DNA of 64,000 nucleotides from Mobula hypostoma (lineage: Eukaryota), in NCBI RefSeq assembly GCF_963921235.1, contig NC_086098.1, positions 4,774,001 to 4,838,000 of the forward strand, given 5' to 3'. Numbering within the stretch: position 1 is the first letter of the stretch; each line of letters begins with the position of its first letter. The notes beneath the pieces are model-generated. The model did not search any database. It worked only from the letters and a program-made list of their open reading frames with translations, and was not told the origin of the DNA. A program made the translations under genes and the position numbers. This document shows positions 1-13,512 of the stretch, in pieces.

Positions 1-725
1 AGCATGTGTCTGGATAATAATCTGACGTGGAAACACCATATCAGTAAAATAACTGGTAAATGCAAAGGAGATTTAATATTCTCAGGTGTCTATGTGGGTA
101 TCCTTAGTGGGTTTCATGAAAATCTTTGTTGACCATTTATATTTGTTTAATTAGATCATGCTTGATTGTGACTGTGTGGTTTATGAATCAGCTTCATCTT
201 TAACTTTAAAGAGTTTGGATGTGACAGAAGCACAGGCTTTAAGATTGTGTTGTGGTGCAATTAAGTTATCCCCAGTTTTGGTTTTACCGGTTGAAGTAGG
301 ACAATTACCCTTACACTTGTGGAAGTTGAAGTTAACACACTGGATTAATTTGAGGGGCAAAGAAATGATCATCCTGTCAAAAGTGTGTTGGAGTACTGCT
401 GGGAACATCACAAGAAGAATATTTTTAGTTTTGGCTGGCTGAGTTTGTATCACATTAGGAATATGGGTTTGCTAGATTATGCTATAATCTGCTAACCCCA
501 CCTTGTATTTTAGGTTGCACGATTTCATGAAGTCCAAGGATCCTGATATGCTAGAGAGTCCATTGGTTCATCAATATGTTAAGGAAAATTATTATGATAT
601 GTTAACCATTTTTACTGATGGATCAAAAGATAATTTAACTGGGAATGTTAGTGTGGTTATTTTTGTGCCTGAATTACAGGTAATGATAAAGAAATGTCTT
701 ACGAACCATTTATCAGTATATACAG
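1..725 (+). mobile_element. I-group (Nimb-like) LINE fragment: RT thumb/connection plus RNase H
   Basis: Translations LTWKHHI…QALRLCCGA and IFTDGSKD…SVYTAQ (RNase H). Interrupted by a CR1 at about 730. Confidence 0.7.
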
Positions 726-729
726 CACA

Positions 730-3230
730 AGTATTTGCGTGGAGATATTTGCATGACATTCTGCATAGGTATGTTCCAATGAGACTGGGAAAGGATGGTA
801 GGGTACAGGAAACATGACATACAAAGGCTGTTGAAAATCTAGTCAAGAAGAAAGGAAAAGCTTAACAGGTTGAAAAAAACTAGGTAATGATAGAGATCTA
901 GAAGATTATAAGGCAAGCAGAAAGGAGCTTAAGAATGAAATTAGGACAGTCAGAAGGGGCCATGAGAAGGCCTTGGCGAGCAGGATTAAAGAAAACCCCA
1001 AGGCATTCTACAAGTATGTGAAGAGCAAGAGGATAAGACGTGAGAGAATAGGACCAGTCAGGTGTGATAGTGGAAAAGTGTGTATGGAACCAGAGGAGAT
1101 AGCAGAGGTACATAATGAATACTTTATAACCATATAACAATTACAGCACGGAAACAGGCCATCTCGGCCCTTCTAGTCCGTGCCGAACTCTTACTCTCAC
1201 CGAGTCCCACCAACCTGCACTCAGCCCATAACCCTCCATTCCTTTCCTGTCCTTATAGTTGTCCAGTTTAACTTTAAACGACAACATCGAACCTGCCTCA
1301 ACCACTTCTGCTGGAAACTCGTTCCGCACAGCCACCACTCTCTGAGTAAAGAAGTTCCCCCTCATGTTACCCCTAAACTTTTGCCCTTTAACTCTCAACT
1401 CATGTCCTCTTGTTTGAATCTCCCCCACTCTCAATGGAAAAAGCCAATCCACGTCAACTCTATCTATCCCCCTCATAATTTTGAATACCTCTATCAAGTC
1501 CCCTCTCAACCTTCTACGTTCCAAATATTTTGCTTTGCTTCAAAATACTTTGCTTCAGTATTCACTATGTAAAAGGATCTTGGTGATTGTAGGTAGGGAT
1601 GAATTACAGCAGATTGAAAAGCTTGAGCATACAGACATTAAGAAAGAGGATGTGCTGGAGCTTTTGGAAAACCTCAAGTTGGATAAGTTTCCGGGACTGG
1701 ATGAGATGTACCCCAGACTACTGTGGGAGGCAAGGGAGGAGATTTCTGAGCCTCTGGCAATAATCTTTGCATTGTTAAAGGGGACAAGAGAGGTTTCAGA
1801 GGATTGGAGGGTTGCAGATGTTGTTCCCTTATTCAAGAAAGGGAGTAGAGATAGCCCAGGAAATTATAAACCAGTGAGTCTTTCTTCAGTGGTTGGTAAG
1901 TTGATGGAGAAGATCCTGAAAAGCAGGATTTATGAACATTTGGAGAAGCATAATATAATTAAGAATAGTCAGCATGGCTTTGTCAAAGGCAGGTCATGCC
2001 TTACGAGCTTTGTTGAATTTTTTGAGGACGTGACTAAGCATGTTGATGAAGGTAGAGCAGTAGATGTCGTGTATATGGATTTCAGCAAGGCATTTCATAA
2101 GCCATGCAAGGCTTATTGAGAAAGTAAGGAGGCATGTGATCCAAGGGGACATTGCTTTGTGCATTCAGAACTGGCTTGCCCACAGAAGGAAAAGAGTGGT
2201 TGTAGATGGGTCATATTCTGCATGGAGGTGGGTCACCAGTTGTGTGCCTTGGGGATCTGTTCTGGAACCCCTTCTCTTCATGATTTTTATAAATGACCTG
2301 GATGAAGAAGTGGAGGATGGGTTAGTAAATTTTCTGATGACACAAAGGTTGGAGGTGTTGTGGATAGTGTGGAGGGCTGTCAGAGGTTTCAGCGGGACAT
2401 CAATAGGATGCAAAACTGGGCTGAGAAGTGGCAGATGGATTTCAACCCAGATAAGTGTGAGATGGTTCATTTTGGTAGGTCAATATGATGGCAGAATATA
2501 GTATTAACAGTAAGACTCTTGGCAGTGTGGAGGATCAGAGGGATTTTGGGGTACCAGTCCATAGGACACTCAAAGCAGCTGTGCAGGTTGAGTCTGTGGT
2601 TAAAAAGACATATGGTGCATTGGCCTTCATCAATCATGGGACTGAGTTAAAGAGGTAATGTTACGGCTATATAGGAACCTGGTTAGACCCCACTTGGAGT
2701 ACTGTGCTCAGTTCTGGTCACCTCACTACGGGAAGGATGTGGAAACTATAGAAAGGGTGCAGAGGAGATTTACAAGGATGTTGCCTGGATTGGGGAGCAT
2801 GCCTTATGAGAATAGATTGAGTGAACTTGGCCTTTTCTCTTTGGAGCGACAGAGGATGAGAGGTGACCTGATAGAGGTGTACAAAATGATGAGAGGCATT
2901 GATCATGTGGATAGTCAGAGGCTTTTTCCCAGGGCTGAAATGGCTAACACGAGAGGGCACAGGAATAAGGTGCTGGGAATTAAGTACAGAGGAGATGTCA
3001 GGGGTAAGTTTTTTTTGTGGAGAGTGGTGAGTGCATGGAATGGGCTGCCAGCGATGGTGGTGGAGATAGATACGATAGGGTCTTTTAAGAGACTCCTGGA
3101 TAGGTGCATGGAGCTTAGAAACATACAGGACTTATGGGTAAAGCCTACATAGTTATAAGGTAAGGATATGTTCCACGCAGCTTTGTGGGCCGAAGGGCCC
3201 GTATTGTGCTGTAGGTTTTCTATGTTTCCA
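730..3230 (+). mobile_element. CR1 LINE (subfamily A), 5'-truncated, degenerate ORF2
   Basis: RT motifs PGNYKPVSL, QHGFVKGRSC, VYMDFSKAF and RPHLEYCAQFWSP; TTTCTATG-type tail. Confidence 0.9.
1126..1524 (-). mobile_element. CR1 3' fragment (subfamily B) nested in the CR1 at 730-3230
   Basis: ERRRLRGDLIEVFKIM…FFTQRVV. Flanked by target copies AATACTTT. Confidence 0.9.
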
Positions 3231-3624
3231 GGATTTTTACGTGTTTAGCATCATTTTGGGCTAACAGTGGTTGGGGGAAATTTGTCCTTGCAAAGTTGTA
3301 ATTTATTTAGATTCTTTTTTGCTTTTGATGAGTTCTTAAAACAGGTCATTCTAGCAGTAGGTCAGATTTATTGTTGGAAGCTATTCAAACTTTATTTCAT
3401 GTACAAAGTATTGGGTTACATGTTTTCTTCTTATGGGTTCCTGAACAGAGAGGTTTTGAAGGGAATGAATGGGTTGAGTGTTTAGCTGAGAAAGACTTTT
3501 CTAAGACTTTATCATTACCTGTAATTCAGGCACAAAAACAGCCATACTAAAATTCCCAGTTAAATTATCTTTCGATCCAATCAGTAAACCTATCATAATT
3601 TTTCTTAACATATTGAACTCAGAT

Positions 3625-3850
3625 TCCTAAGACACATCATGCGGAAAGATGAACTAGAAAAACTCATGCTCTCTGGAAAGATTGAGGGGAGCAAACCTAG
3701 AGGAAGACCTCAGCTTATGTACATCAAAAGCATAGCCAGGTGGCTACACATCGAGGAAATGGAAGTCATCCAAAAAAACAAAGGATAGATCTATATGGAA
3801 AACCATGGTTACCAAGGTCCACATCAGATATGGTACCTAGACCGACAGAC
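3625..3850 (+). mobile_element. RTE-clade LINE 3' end
   Basis: Translation RHIMRKDELEKLMLSGKIEGSKPRGRP, the typical RTE C-terminus. Confidence 0.7.
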
Positions 3851-3879
3851 TTTGATGAACGAATAGGCTCTCAGACACA

Positions 3880-4588
3880 TCAGATCCTAGGATTTTATTA
3901 AATCATGTAATCTACAATCAACTAAAGTCTTTGGGGGGAGAAAAAACTGAAGTGGGGTTGCTGAGAAGGCTCCAGTGGGACATTGCATAATCCAGCAAAC
4001 CCCTGTTCAGCTGTGGATTTAGACATTCTGCATAGCAAATCAGAAGCTAAGGGTTAAGAATTGTGGGATAATTCTTCGCAAGACTTATGAGATCATGAGC
4101 ATAAGGAGAGACATCTTTACAGAATACATAAAACTGTTGGCTTGATGGGAGAAGTGGGTAAGACGAGAAGGGAAAGAGTTATATTGACTCAACTTAGAAA
4201 TGGACATATTTTGCTTTATTATTCCTTATATCTTATTGGAAAACATCACTCTGGGTGTAGGTTTTGTTATCATTACGAAACAGTTGAACACATTTTATTG
4301 CCGCATGAAACAAATGAGAAAGAAAGCAAATGCAGGCTTCACTACTATCTTTGGGGGCTGATAGGTTTCATTCAAAAACTTTATTAAGTTATGGGGGTGA
4401 CATTAATTCACAGTATTGTTTTCACTACTTAAAATCTATCGGGCTTTTGGGGGTAGTTTAGTTTTCATTTAATAAAGAACTAGTCGGGGTTTTATTTCCC
4501 AACACTCTACACCACACTCCAGTCCAGTTGGTGGCGTAATGCCTTTAAGTTGGACTGCCAACCGCCATTAAAAGTCAGAAGAAGAAGG
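3880..4588 (+). mobile_element. 3' part of a Nimb/I-group LINE (CCHC knuckle, 3'UTR, AAG-repeat tail)
   Basis: VILTQLRNGH…CRFCYHYETVEHILL. Ends CCAGTTGGTGGCGTAATGCC…AGAAGAAGAAG. Likely the same element as 1-725. Confidence 0.6.
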
Positions 4589-4688
4589 GAAAGGAGTTGA
4601 ATCTGGATCACTGGTGCTACAGAGCATTGTACTAACCGCTGTGCAACGTTGATAGAGTAGATGGAAAAACCTTCTTATTAAATCTTAC

Positions 4689-4863
4689 CAGGCATGATGG
4701 TCTTTTTGCAGGTGAAACATTTTGAAGAGTACTCATCAGAATAGCATTCCATGCACAGGAGGCTATCTTCCTTGGTAGAAAAAGGTTTCTCCGCAAGAGA
4801 GTGTCCACACTTGGCACACTTGAAGCACTGTTCATGCCAGTGAAGATCCTTGTAGGACAAATC
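4689..4863 (-). CDS. FHL5: FHL5 second coding exon (LIM1 to start of LIM2): DLSYKDLHWHEQCFKCAKCGHSLAEKPFSTKEDSLLCMECYSDEYSSKCFTCKKTIMP-G
   Basis: LIM C/H spacing. Acceptor TTTCATTGTTTTATCCAAG|GAT and donor CCTG|GTAAGA; 175 nt, phase 0 in, joining the previous exon in frame. I saw no further FHL exons in 1-4688, so they presumably lie left of the window. Confidence 0.9.
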
Positions 4864-5061
4864 CTTGGATAAAACAATGAAATACAGTAAGTCCAAAAAA
4901 CATATCCTGCTATTATGACAGTTAAAATATTAACCAATACTTTATTCTTCGTTAATTTATTTGTGGTACTGTTATTTTGTGTGTTATAGGTCTGAGTTTC
5001 TAACCCTTCCCTCCCACATAGCCCTACATTTATTCTATCATCCATGCACATTACAGTCCAA

Positions 5062-5580
5062 CAGATAGAGGAGCAGAATTAGGCCATTTGGCCCATCAAG
5101 TCTGCTCCTCCATTTCATCATGGCTGATCCGTTTCCCTCTCGGCCCCAATCTCCTGCCTTTCCCCCGCGTCCCTTCATGCCATGACTCATCAAGAATCTA
5201 TCAACCTCTGCCTTAAATATACCCAATGAATACCGCTGTCCACCGCTGTCTGTGGCAACACATTCCACAGATTCACGCTTCAATGGCTAAAGAACTTACT
5301 CTGCATCTCCTCCACCATAGGAAACACCCTCTCCACATCCACTCTATCCAGGCCTTTCGACATTTGATAGATCTCAATGAGGTCACCTCTCATTCTTCTG
5401 AATTTCAGTGAGTGCAGACACAAAGCCATCAAATGCTCGTCAAATCATAAGCCTTTCAATCCCTGAATGATTTTTGTGAATCTCCTGTGAACCCTGTCCA
5501 ATGGCAGCACATCCTAAGGGGCCTGAAACTGCTCGCAATACTCCAAGTGAGGCTTCACCAGTGACTTATAAATCCTCGAC
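5062..5580 (-). mobile_element. CR1 3' fragment
   Basis: GIFKAEVDRFL and the CR1 3'UTR GGCCTAATTCTGCTCCT. Confidence 0.75.
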
Positions 5581-5639
5581 ATTCATAGTCATAGAGTCGG
5601 AGAACACTGCGTCAGAAAAGTGGGCCCTCTAGCTCATCC

Positions 5640-6980
5640 ACAAACAAGAGAAAATCTGCAGATGCTGGAAATCCCAGCAACACACACAAAACGCTGGAGA
5701 AACTCAGACTGGGCAGCATCTATGGAAAAAAGCAGAGTCGACGTTTCGAGCTGTTCGACAGGTCTGCTAAGGAGTAGATTTGAAAGATGGGGGGAGGAGA
5801 GAGAAAAACACCAAGCGATAGGTGAAACTTGGAGGGAGAGGGGTGAAGCAAAGAGCAAGAAAGTTGATTGGTGAGAAAACAGAAGGCCATGGAAGAAAGA
5901 AAAAAATGGGGGTGGAGGAGCACTAGAGGGAGGTGATGGGGAGGGCAAGGAGGTAACATAAGAGAGGGAAAAGGGGATGGGAAATGGTGAAGGAGGGTGG
6001 AGGCATGACTGGAAGTTCGAGAAATTGATGTTCATGCCCTCAGGTTGGAGGCTACCCAAACGGAATAGTAGGCATTGTTTCTCCAACCTAAGTGTGGCCT
6101 TATCCCAACAGTGGACATCCTGTTTGTTCTAGCGGACGGAGCGTGGATGCTCGGTGAAGCTGTCTCCCAATCTACGTCGGGTTGATGAGGGTGTAGGTTG
6201 ACGTAGTTGAGTTGATGGTGGAGATTGATGGTTAATGGTCCACCATCAACGCTGCCCTCAACCGCATTTCTTCCATTTCACGCACATCTGCTCTCAGCCC
6301 ATCTTCCCGCCACCCTACCAGGGATAGGGTTCCTCTTGTCTTCAGCCACCACCCCACCAGCCTCCATGTCCAGCACATAATTCTCCAAAACTTCTGCCAC
6401 CTCCAACTGGATCCCACCACCAAACATATCTTTCCCTCCGCCCCCCCCCCACTTTCTGCTTTTTGCAGGGATCGCTCCCTACACAACTCCCTTGTCCATT
6501 TGACCCTCCCCACTGATCTCCCTCCTGACACTTATCCTTGCCAGCAGAACAAGTGCTACATCTGCCCCTACACCACCTCCCTCACTACCATTCAGGGCCC
6601 CAAACAGCCCTTCCAGGTGAGGGGACACTTCACCTGTGTGTCTGTTGGGGTCATACACTGTGTTCGGTGCTCCCGGTGTGGCCTCCCGTATATCAGTGAG
6701 ACCCAACGTAGATTGGGAGACCGCTTCACCAAGCATCAACTCCCCGTCCGCCAGAACAAGTGAGATTTCCCGCTGGCCACTCATTTTAATTCCACTTCCC
6801 ATTCCTTCCACGGCTTACTCCACTGTCGTGATAAAGCCACACTTAGGTTGGAGGAACAACACCTTATATTCCATTTTGGTAGCCTCCAACCTGATGGCAT
6901 GAACATCAATTTCTTAAACTTCCAGTAATGCCCCCCCACTTCACTATTTCCTATCCCCTTTCCCCCCTGCCATGTTATCT
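5640..6980. mobile_element. Penelope-like element (GIY-YIG endonuclease fragment) with inverted arms
   Basis: The plus arm encodes GPKQPFQVRGHFTCVSVGVIHCVRCSRCGLPYISETQRRLGDRF. The minus arm (about 5640-6185) carries the reverse complement of the same 3' region (LFRLGSLQPEGMNINF). Confidence 0.8.
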
Positions 6981-6982
6981 CC

Positions 6983-7510
6983 TTGATCCCGAATTATAGG
7001 AAGGATGTCAACAAAATTGAGAAAGTACAGAGAAGATTTACTAGAATGTTACCTGGGTTTCATCCCCTAAGTTACAGAGAAAGATTGAACAAGTTGGGTC
7101 TTTATTCTTTGGAGCGTAGAAGGTTGAGGGGGGACTTGATAGAGGTATTTAAAATTATGAGGGGCATAGATACAATTGACGTGGATAGGCTTTTTCCATT
7201 GAGAGTGGGGGGAGATTGAAACAAGAGGACATGAGTTGAGAGTTAAAGGGCAAAAGTTTAGGGGTAACATGAGGGGAACTTCTTTACTCAGAGAGTGGTA
7301 GCTGTGTGGAATGAGTTTCCAGCAGAAGTGGTAGAGGGAGGTTTGATGTTGTCGTTTAAAATTAAACTGGACAGCTATATGGACAGGAAAGGAATGGAGG
7401 GTTATGGGCTGAGTGCAGGTCAGTGGGACTAGGTGAGAGTAAGAGTTCGGCACAGACTAGAAGGGCCGAGATGGCCTGTTTCCGTGCTATAATTGTTGTA
7501 TGGTTATATG
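6983..7510 (+). mobile_element. CR1 3' fragment (subfamily B)
   Basis: PNYRKDVNKIEKVQRRFTRMLPG…; same family as 1126-1524 and 19395-19997. Confidence 0.88.
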
Positions 7511-7807
7511 CAATACTCCAAGTGTTGTCACCAGTGTTTTATAGAGCTGCAACATTACCTCATGACTCAAACTCAATCCCTCCTGAATAATGAACACCAT
7601 GCACTTTCTAAACTTTCTTATCAACTTGCACAGCAACTTTGAGAGATCTATGAATGTGGACCCCAACTTTCCTGTGATCCTCTACACTGCTAAGAAACCT
7701 GACATTAACCTTGTATTCTGCTTCACCTTCCACGGTGAATCACTTCACACTTTTCCAGGTTTAGTTAGAGCACAGTTAAAATGCAATTATTCCGAGAGTT
7801 CATTTAC

Positions 7808-7963
7808 CTTGCAATCACTCCCAATTAGTTTCTTGCAGTCTTCACATGTATTGGAGTAGAGATTGTCATAGCACTTGGTACAATACTGGTTGCTCTCTCG
7901 CAAGATGTATTTCTTGCCAAGGAGGGAATCCTTGCAAGAATGACAATCAAAGTCATCCCCCAT
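7808..7963 (-). CDS. FHL5: FHL5 (four-and-a-half LIM) first coding exon, half-LIM plus start of LIM1: MGDDFDCHSCKDSLLGKKYILRESNQYCTKCYDNLYSNTCEDCKKLIGSDCK
   Basis: Hand translation (not in the ORF track). Acceptor TTTTCTTTTCCATTCTAG puts the exon start at 7984. There is an in-frame TGA upstream of the ATG at 7963 and a donor AAG|GTAAAT at 7808/7807. The 156 coding nt match the FHL2/FHL5 exon layout. FHL5 is preferred over FHL2 because UFL1 is adjacent. Confidence 0.88.
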
Positions 7964-8109
7964 TTTGTTTTTAAATGCTCACTTCTAGAATGGAAAAGAA
8001 AATAATTTTTAAAGTTATCATAGACTATGGTAAGTATTTAGATATGGTATAAACGTTTATCGGTGGTTTATCTGATGCGTTTTGAAACAAAAGAAAAGAG
8101 GTGAACATT

Positions 8110-8600
8110 AAGTTCAAAAGTTCAAAGTAAAATTTATTATCAGAGTACATACATGTCACCACATAAAACCCTGAGATCCTTTTTCTTTGGGCATACTTAG
8201 CAAATCTATAGACTATTAACTGTAAACATCAGGGTCTGTAAACTGTAAATAATCTGTTCAAATGCAGATAATAAATAAATAGTAATAAATAACGATATGA
8301 AATAACAATGTAACAGCATCCTTAAATGTTCAAGAGTAACTGTTCTTGAACCTGGTGGTGTGAGTCCTGAGGCTCTTGTACCTGATGGCAGCAGTGAGAA
8401 AAGAGCATGGCCTGGTTGGTGAGGTTCTTTGCTGATGGATGCTGCTTTTCTACGGCAATGTTTCATGAAGATGTTTTCAATGGTCAGAGGGTTTTACCTG
8501 TGATGTACCGGGCTGAATCCACTACCTTTTGTAGGATTTTCCGCTCAAAGACATTGCTGTTCCTGTACCAGACTGTGATTCAGCCAGTCAGGACACTGTG
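8110..8600 (-). mobile_element. Rex/L2-like LINE 3' fragment
   Basis: CRRKAASISKEPHQPGHALFSLLPSG, a typical Rex1/L2-type C-terminus. Confidence 0.65.
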
Positions 8601-9554
8601 AGCATTGATTAACCTTTAAAGAAGCATAATTTAACTAAAATTAATATTATTCCAAGATAACATTCCATGTTATTTTCTCACATAAAATGCTGGAGGAACT
8701 CAGCAGGTCAGGCAACATCTATGGATTCACAGATGCTGTCTGACCTGCTGTGTTCCTCTAACATTTTGTATGTGTTTCTCTGGATTTCCAGTATCTACAG
8801 AAGCTCTTGTTTCCATCTTTAGAAACACTTGTGTGTTTATTTCACATTCAGTGTCTTACCTTAAAGGAATTGCCTAAGGAATTTTTTTTTAGCCATAGAG
8901 TGGTGAATCTGTGGAATGCTCTGCCACAGACTGGGGTGGAGGCCAAGTTCATGGGTATATTTAAGGCAGAAGTTGGTAGTTTCCTGATCAGCCAGGGCAT
9001 CAGAGGATATGGCGAAAAGGCAGGTGCATGGGGTTGAGTGGGTTCTGGGATCAGCCATGATGGAATGGCAGAGCAGACTCGATGGGCAGAATGGCCTAAT
9101 TCTGCTCCTATATCTTATGGTCTTACCTGAACTGTATTGGAAAATATGGTCAGTGTAAAGGAGATCAAAATAATTGTTACTCTGGATCCGAAGCAGCACA
9201 AAAACACACACAGTAAGATAACGAACACAATAATAAAACACCCAATAAATATAAATATATGAATGCAAGCTGGTGCTGGAGGACCATGGTGACATTCTAT
9301 GGGCTACGTACAACACTTCTAAATATACCCCTTTGAATTACCCTCACTGCAATCTGCAGCATATCATTTCCCATTGAACAATGTGCTATTAAAGCAACTT
9401 ACTGATTCACAGATTTTAGAGACACAGAGAGGTACACACAGAAACAGGCCCTTCGGGCCTACTAGTCAGATCCAAGAGCACTTGCCTACTCCCATTACCT
9501 GCCCCAGGACCATAGCTCTAGTACCATATTCAAGCTTGCTGATAAAACCACTCA

Positions 9555-10320
9555 CTGGCCAAACTAAGAACCTGATGAATCACCATATAAGACAGATTGA
9601 ATATCTGGCTGAGTGATGTCATAACAGCAACCTCTTACTCAATGTCAGCAAGACCAAGGAGCTGGTTATTGACTTTAGGAGAAGGAAACCTGAGGTGCAT
9701 GAACTAGTCTTCATTGGAGGAACAGAGGAGGAGAGGGTCAACACTTGTAACTTCCTTGGTGTTATCATCATTTTGGAGGATCTGTTCAGGGCCCAGCATG
9801 TAAACGCAATTATGAAGAAAACACGGCTACACTTTTATTTCCTTTGGAGTTTATGAAGATTCAGCATGGTATCTAAAGTTTTGAAAAACTTCCACAGATG
9901 TGCAGTGGAGAGTACATTGACTGGCTGCATCACAACCTGGTATGGAAACACCAATGCCCTTGAACAGAAAATCCTACAAAAAGTGGTGGTACGATCCAGT
10001 CCATCACTGCTAAAAGCCTCCCTAACACTGAGCATATCTACATGGAGCGATGATGCAAGAAAGCAGCATCCATCATCAGGGCCTCCCACCACTCAGGACA
10101 TGGTCTCTCCTCTCTGCTGCCATCAGGAAGAAGGTACAGGAGCCTCAGGACTCACACCACCAGCTTCAGGAACAGTTATTACCCCTCAGCCATTAGGCTC
10201 TTGAACCAGAGTGGATAACTTCACTCAACTTCCTTGGCCCATCACTGAACTGTTCCCACAACCAAGGGACTCTTCATCTCATGCTCTCAATATTTATTGC
10301 TTATTTATGTATTACTATAA
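9555..10320 (+). mobile_element. Rex/L2-like LINE 3' part
   Basis: LNVSKTKELVIDFRR and FHRCAVESTLTGCITTWYGN. Confidence 0.7.
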
Positions 10321-10631
10321 CAGCCTGGATATTCTTCCATATCCAATGACAGCAGAAATATTTGTAATTTGATTGTCAGAGAGTTTAAAGTAAATATCAC
10401 TGTCAGATATAATGTTCTGGAAATTTGGCTTGTGTTTCTTGGGGAACAGATGGCCTTAGAACAATTAAAGGTTTGAGGAAAAGAATTGATAAAACTCATT
10501 GGGGTAAACAGCTCACTAAAAAAATCCTCAGTTGCTAGGATACCAAATTAAAAGTTAAGAATGGTGGAATAAAAGGGAAGGCCGACTGAAAACCTCAACA
10601 TCCGGCACCTTCTCTATGCCTGGCAGTGAAC

Positions 10632-10633
<2 letters not shown>

Positions 10634-10667
<34 letters not shown>

Positions 10668-10882
10668 CTATGCGTGTGAGAGTATCTGAGTGTCGGTGTA
10701 AGTGTGTGTGTGTGTGTGTCTGCCTGTGCCTACGTGTCTGTGGACATCAAAGCATATGGCAAGAAGGCAGGTGTATGGGGTTGACTGGGATCCAGGATCA
10801 GCCATAATGGAATTGTGGAGCAGGCTGAATGGGCTGAATGGCCTAATTCTGCTATTATGGGTCCTATGACCTTATGGTCTCT

Positions 10883-10918
<36 letters not shown>

Positions 10919-10928
10919 GTGTGTGTGC
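10634..10928. repeat. (TG)n microsatellite split by a short CR1 3' fragment (about 10742-10880)
   Basis: Visible TG runs on both sides of CR1 3'UTR sequence. Confidence 0.85.
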
Positions 10929-11236
10929 ACACGTGAATAATTTTTGCTAATTTACCACTTGGCAACAGCCAAACTAATCAGCCTATTGCATACCTTGATT
11001 TCCATACCTTGTTCAGTAACGACTTTTTTCCCTTATCTCAATGAGAATTGCTCATAGTTACCACATAAGTAGATAGTCCCCAATTCTGCTCACGTGGTTT
11101 ATAGTCCACACTGATGTGAATTTAGCAGTAGCTGAAGAGTTTAGTTACAATGTTCACTCAGTCGTAAAAACCAGAGCTAAACGCAAACAGCACGGAAGGT
11201 AACACAATGATTTCCTCTTTCCCAACGTGTCAGAGG

Positions 11237-13512
11237 GTCAGAGAATGCTGAATCTTTGTGGGTGGGGTTGAGAAACTGCAAGGGTCAAAAAACCATTATA
11301 GGAACTATATATAGGCCTCCAAATAGTAGCCAAGATGTGGGGTTGAGATTGCAAAGGGAGCTGGAAAAGGCATGTAATAAGGGTTATGTCACAATTGTAA
11401 TGGGGGATTTCAATATGCAAGGGGTTTGGGAAAATTAGGTTGGTGTCGGATTGCAAGAGAAGAAATTTGTTGAATGCCTACAAGATGGCTTTTTAGAGCA
11501 GCTTGTGCTTGAGCCTACTCGGGGAAAGGCTGTCTTAATTTGGGTGTTGTGTCCCAGATATTACGAGAGAATTTAACGTAGAGGAACCCTTAGGAGGCAG
11601 TGATCATAATATGATTAAATTCCTACTGCAATTTGAGAGGGAGAAGCATAAGTCACATGTATCAGTATTGCAATGAAATAAAGGGAATTACAGAGGCATG
11701 AGAGAGGAGCTTACCCAGGTGGATTGGAGGAAGATACTGGTGAGGATGACGGCAGAGCAGAGATGACTGAAGTTTCTGGAAATAATTCACAAGGCGCAGA
11801 ATAGATAGGTCCCACAGAAGTTCTCAAATGGTAGGGGTAGGCAATGGTGGCTGACAAGGGAGGTTAAGGACTGCATAAAAGCCAAGGAAAGGGCATATAA
11901 GGTAGCAAAAGTGAGTGGTAGGTTGGCTGATTGAGAAACTTTTAAAATCCAGTGAAAAGCAAACAAAAAAAAACTATAAGAAGGGAAAAGATGAAATATG
12001 AAGGCAAACTAACCAATAATATAAGCAGGATACCAGAAGTTTTTTCAGTTATATAAAGAGTAAAAGGGAGATGAGAGTTAATACTGGACCACTGGAAAAT
12101 TATGCTTGTGAGATAGCAATGGGGGACAAAGAAAAGACAGATGAACTTAATGGGTACTTTGCATACTTTGCATCTGTGGAAGACACTAGCAATGGGCCAG
12201 AGGTCCGTGAGTGTCAGGGAGCAGGAGTGAATGTCATTGCTATTAGAAGGGAAAAAGTGCTAGGCAAACTCAAAGGTCTTAAGTTAGATAAGTCATCTGG
12301 ATCAGATAGACTACATCCCAGAGTCCCGAAAGAGGTTGCTGAAGAGGTAACCAATGCATTGGTCATGATCTTTCAAGAATCACTTGATCCTGTCATGATC
12401 TCGGAGGACTGGAAAATTGTTAATGTCACTCCACTCTTTAAGAATGGAGGAAGGCAAAAGAAAAGAAATTATAGAAACATAGAAACATAGAAAATAGGTG
12501 CAGGAGTAGGCCATTCGGCCCTTCGAGCCTGCACCGCCATTTATTATGATCATGGCTGATCATCCAATTCAGAACCCAGCCTTCCCTCCATACCCCCTGA
12601 CCCCTGTAGCCACAAGGGCCATATCTAACTCCCTCTTAAACATAGTGGTTGGGAAAGTGTTAGAGTCTATTATTAAGGATGAGGTTTTGGGGTACTTGGA
12701 GACGAATGATAAAATAAGTCAAAATCAGCATGGTTTATGTAAAGGGAAATCTTGCCTGACAAATCTGTCAGAGTTCTTCAAGGAAGGTGGATAAAGGAGA
12801 GGCAGTGGATGTCATTTACTTGGATTTTCAGAAGGCATATGATAAGGTGCCACACATGAGGCTGCTTAACAAGATAAAACCCTATGGCGTTACAGGAAAG
12901 ATATTGGCATAGATGGAGGAATGGCTGACAGGCAGGAGGTAGTGAATGGGAATAAAAGGGGACTTTTCTGGTTGATCTGCCAGTGACTAGTGATGTTCCT
13001 TGGGGTCAGTATTGGGACTGCTACTTTTCACATTGTTAATGTTTGGGTAATGGAATTGATGGCTTTGTGGCAAAGTTTGCGAATGATATGAAGAGAGGTG
13101 GAGGGGTGGGTAGTGCTGAGGAAGCAATACAATTGCAGCAGGACTTGGATGAATTGGAAGAATGGGCAAAAATGGGGCAAATGGGATACAGTGTTGGGAA
13201 ATGTATGATAATGCATTTTATTAAATGAACAATAGTGTAGACTATTATCTAAATGAGGAGAAGGTTCAAACATCAGAGGTGCAGAGGGATGTAGGAGTCC
13301 TTGTGCAAGACTCCCAGAAGGTTAATTTACAGGTTGAGTCTGTGGTAAAGAAGGCAAATGCAATGTTTTTTTACCAAGGGGAATAGAATATAAAAACAAA
13401 GAGATAATGCTGAGGCTTTATAAGACACCAGTCAGGCCAAACTTGGAGTATTGTCAACAGTTTTGGGCCCCATATCTCAGAAAAGATGTGTTGTCATTGG
13501 TAATAGTCCAGG
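11237..13512 (+). mobile_element. CR1 ORF2 (endonuclease to RT), degenerate, with a nested minus-strand young CR1 3' end at about 12471-12645
   Basis: IYRPPNS…VMGDFN and QHGLCKGKSCLTNL; the nested piece has a (CTATGTTT)n tail. Confidence 0.85.

Noticed and set aside
4632..5051. 139-aa minus-strand ORF
   Set aside because: Alternative frame across the FHL5 exon and intron; the LIM frame with splice sites explains the locus.
10616..10930. Cys/Val- and His/Thr-rich ORFs
   Set aside because: Translations of (TG)n microsatellites.
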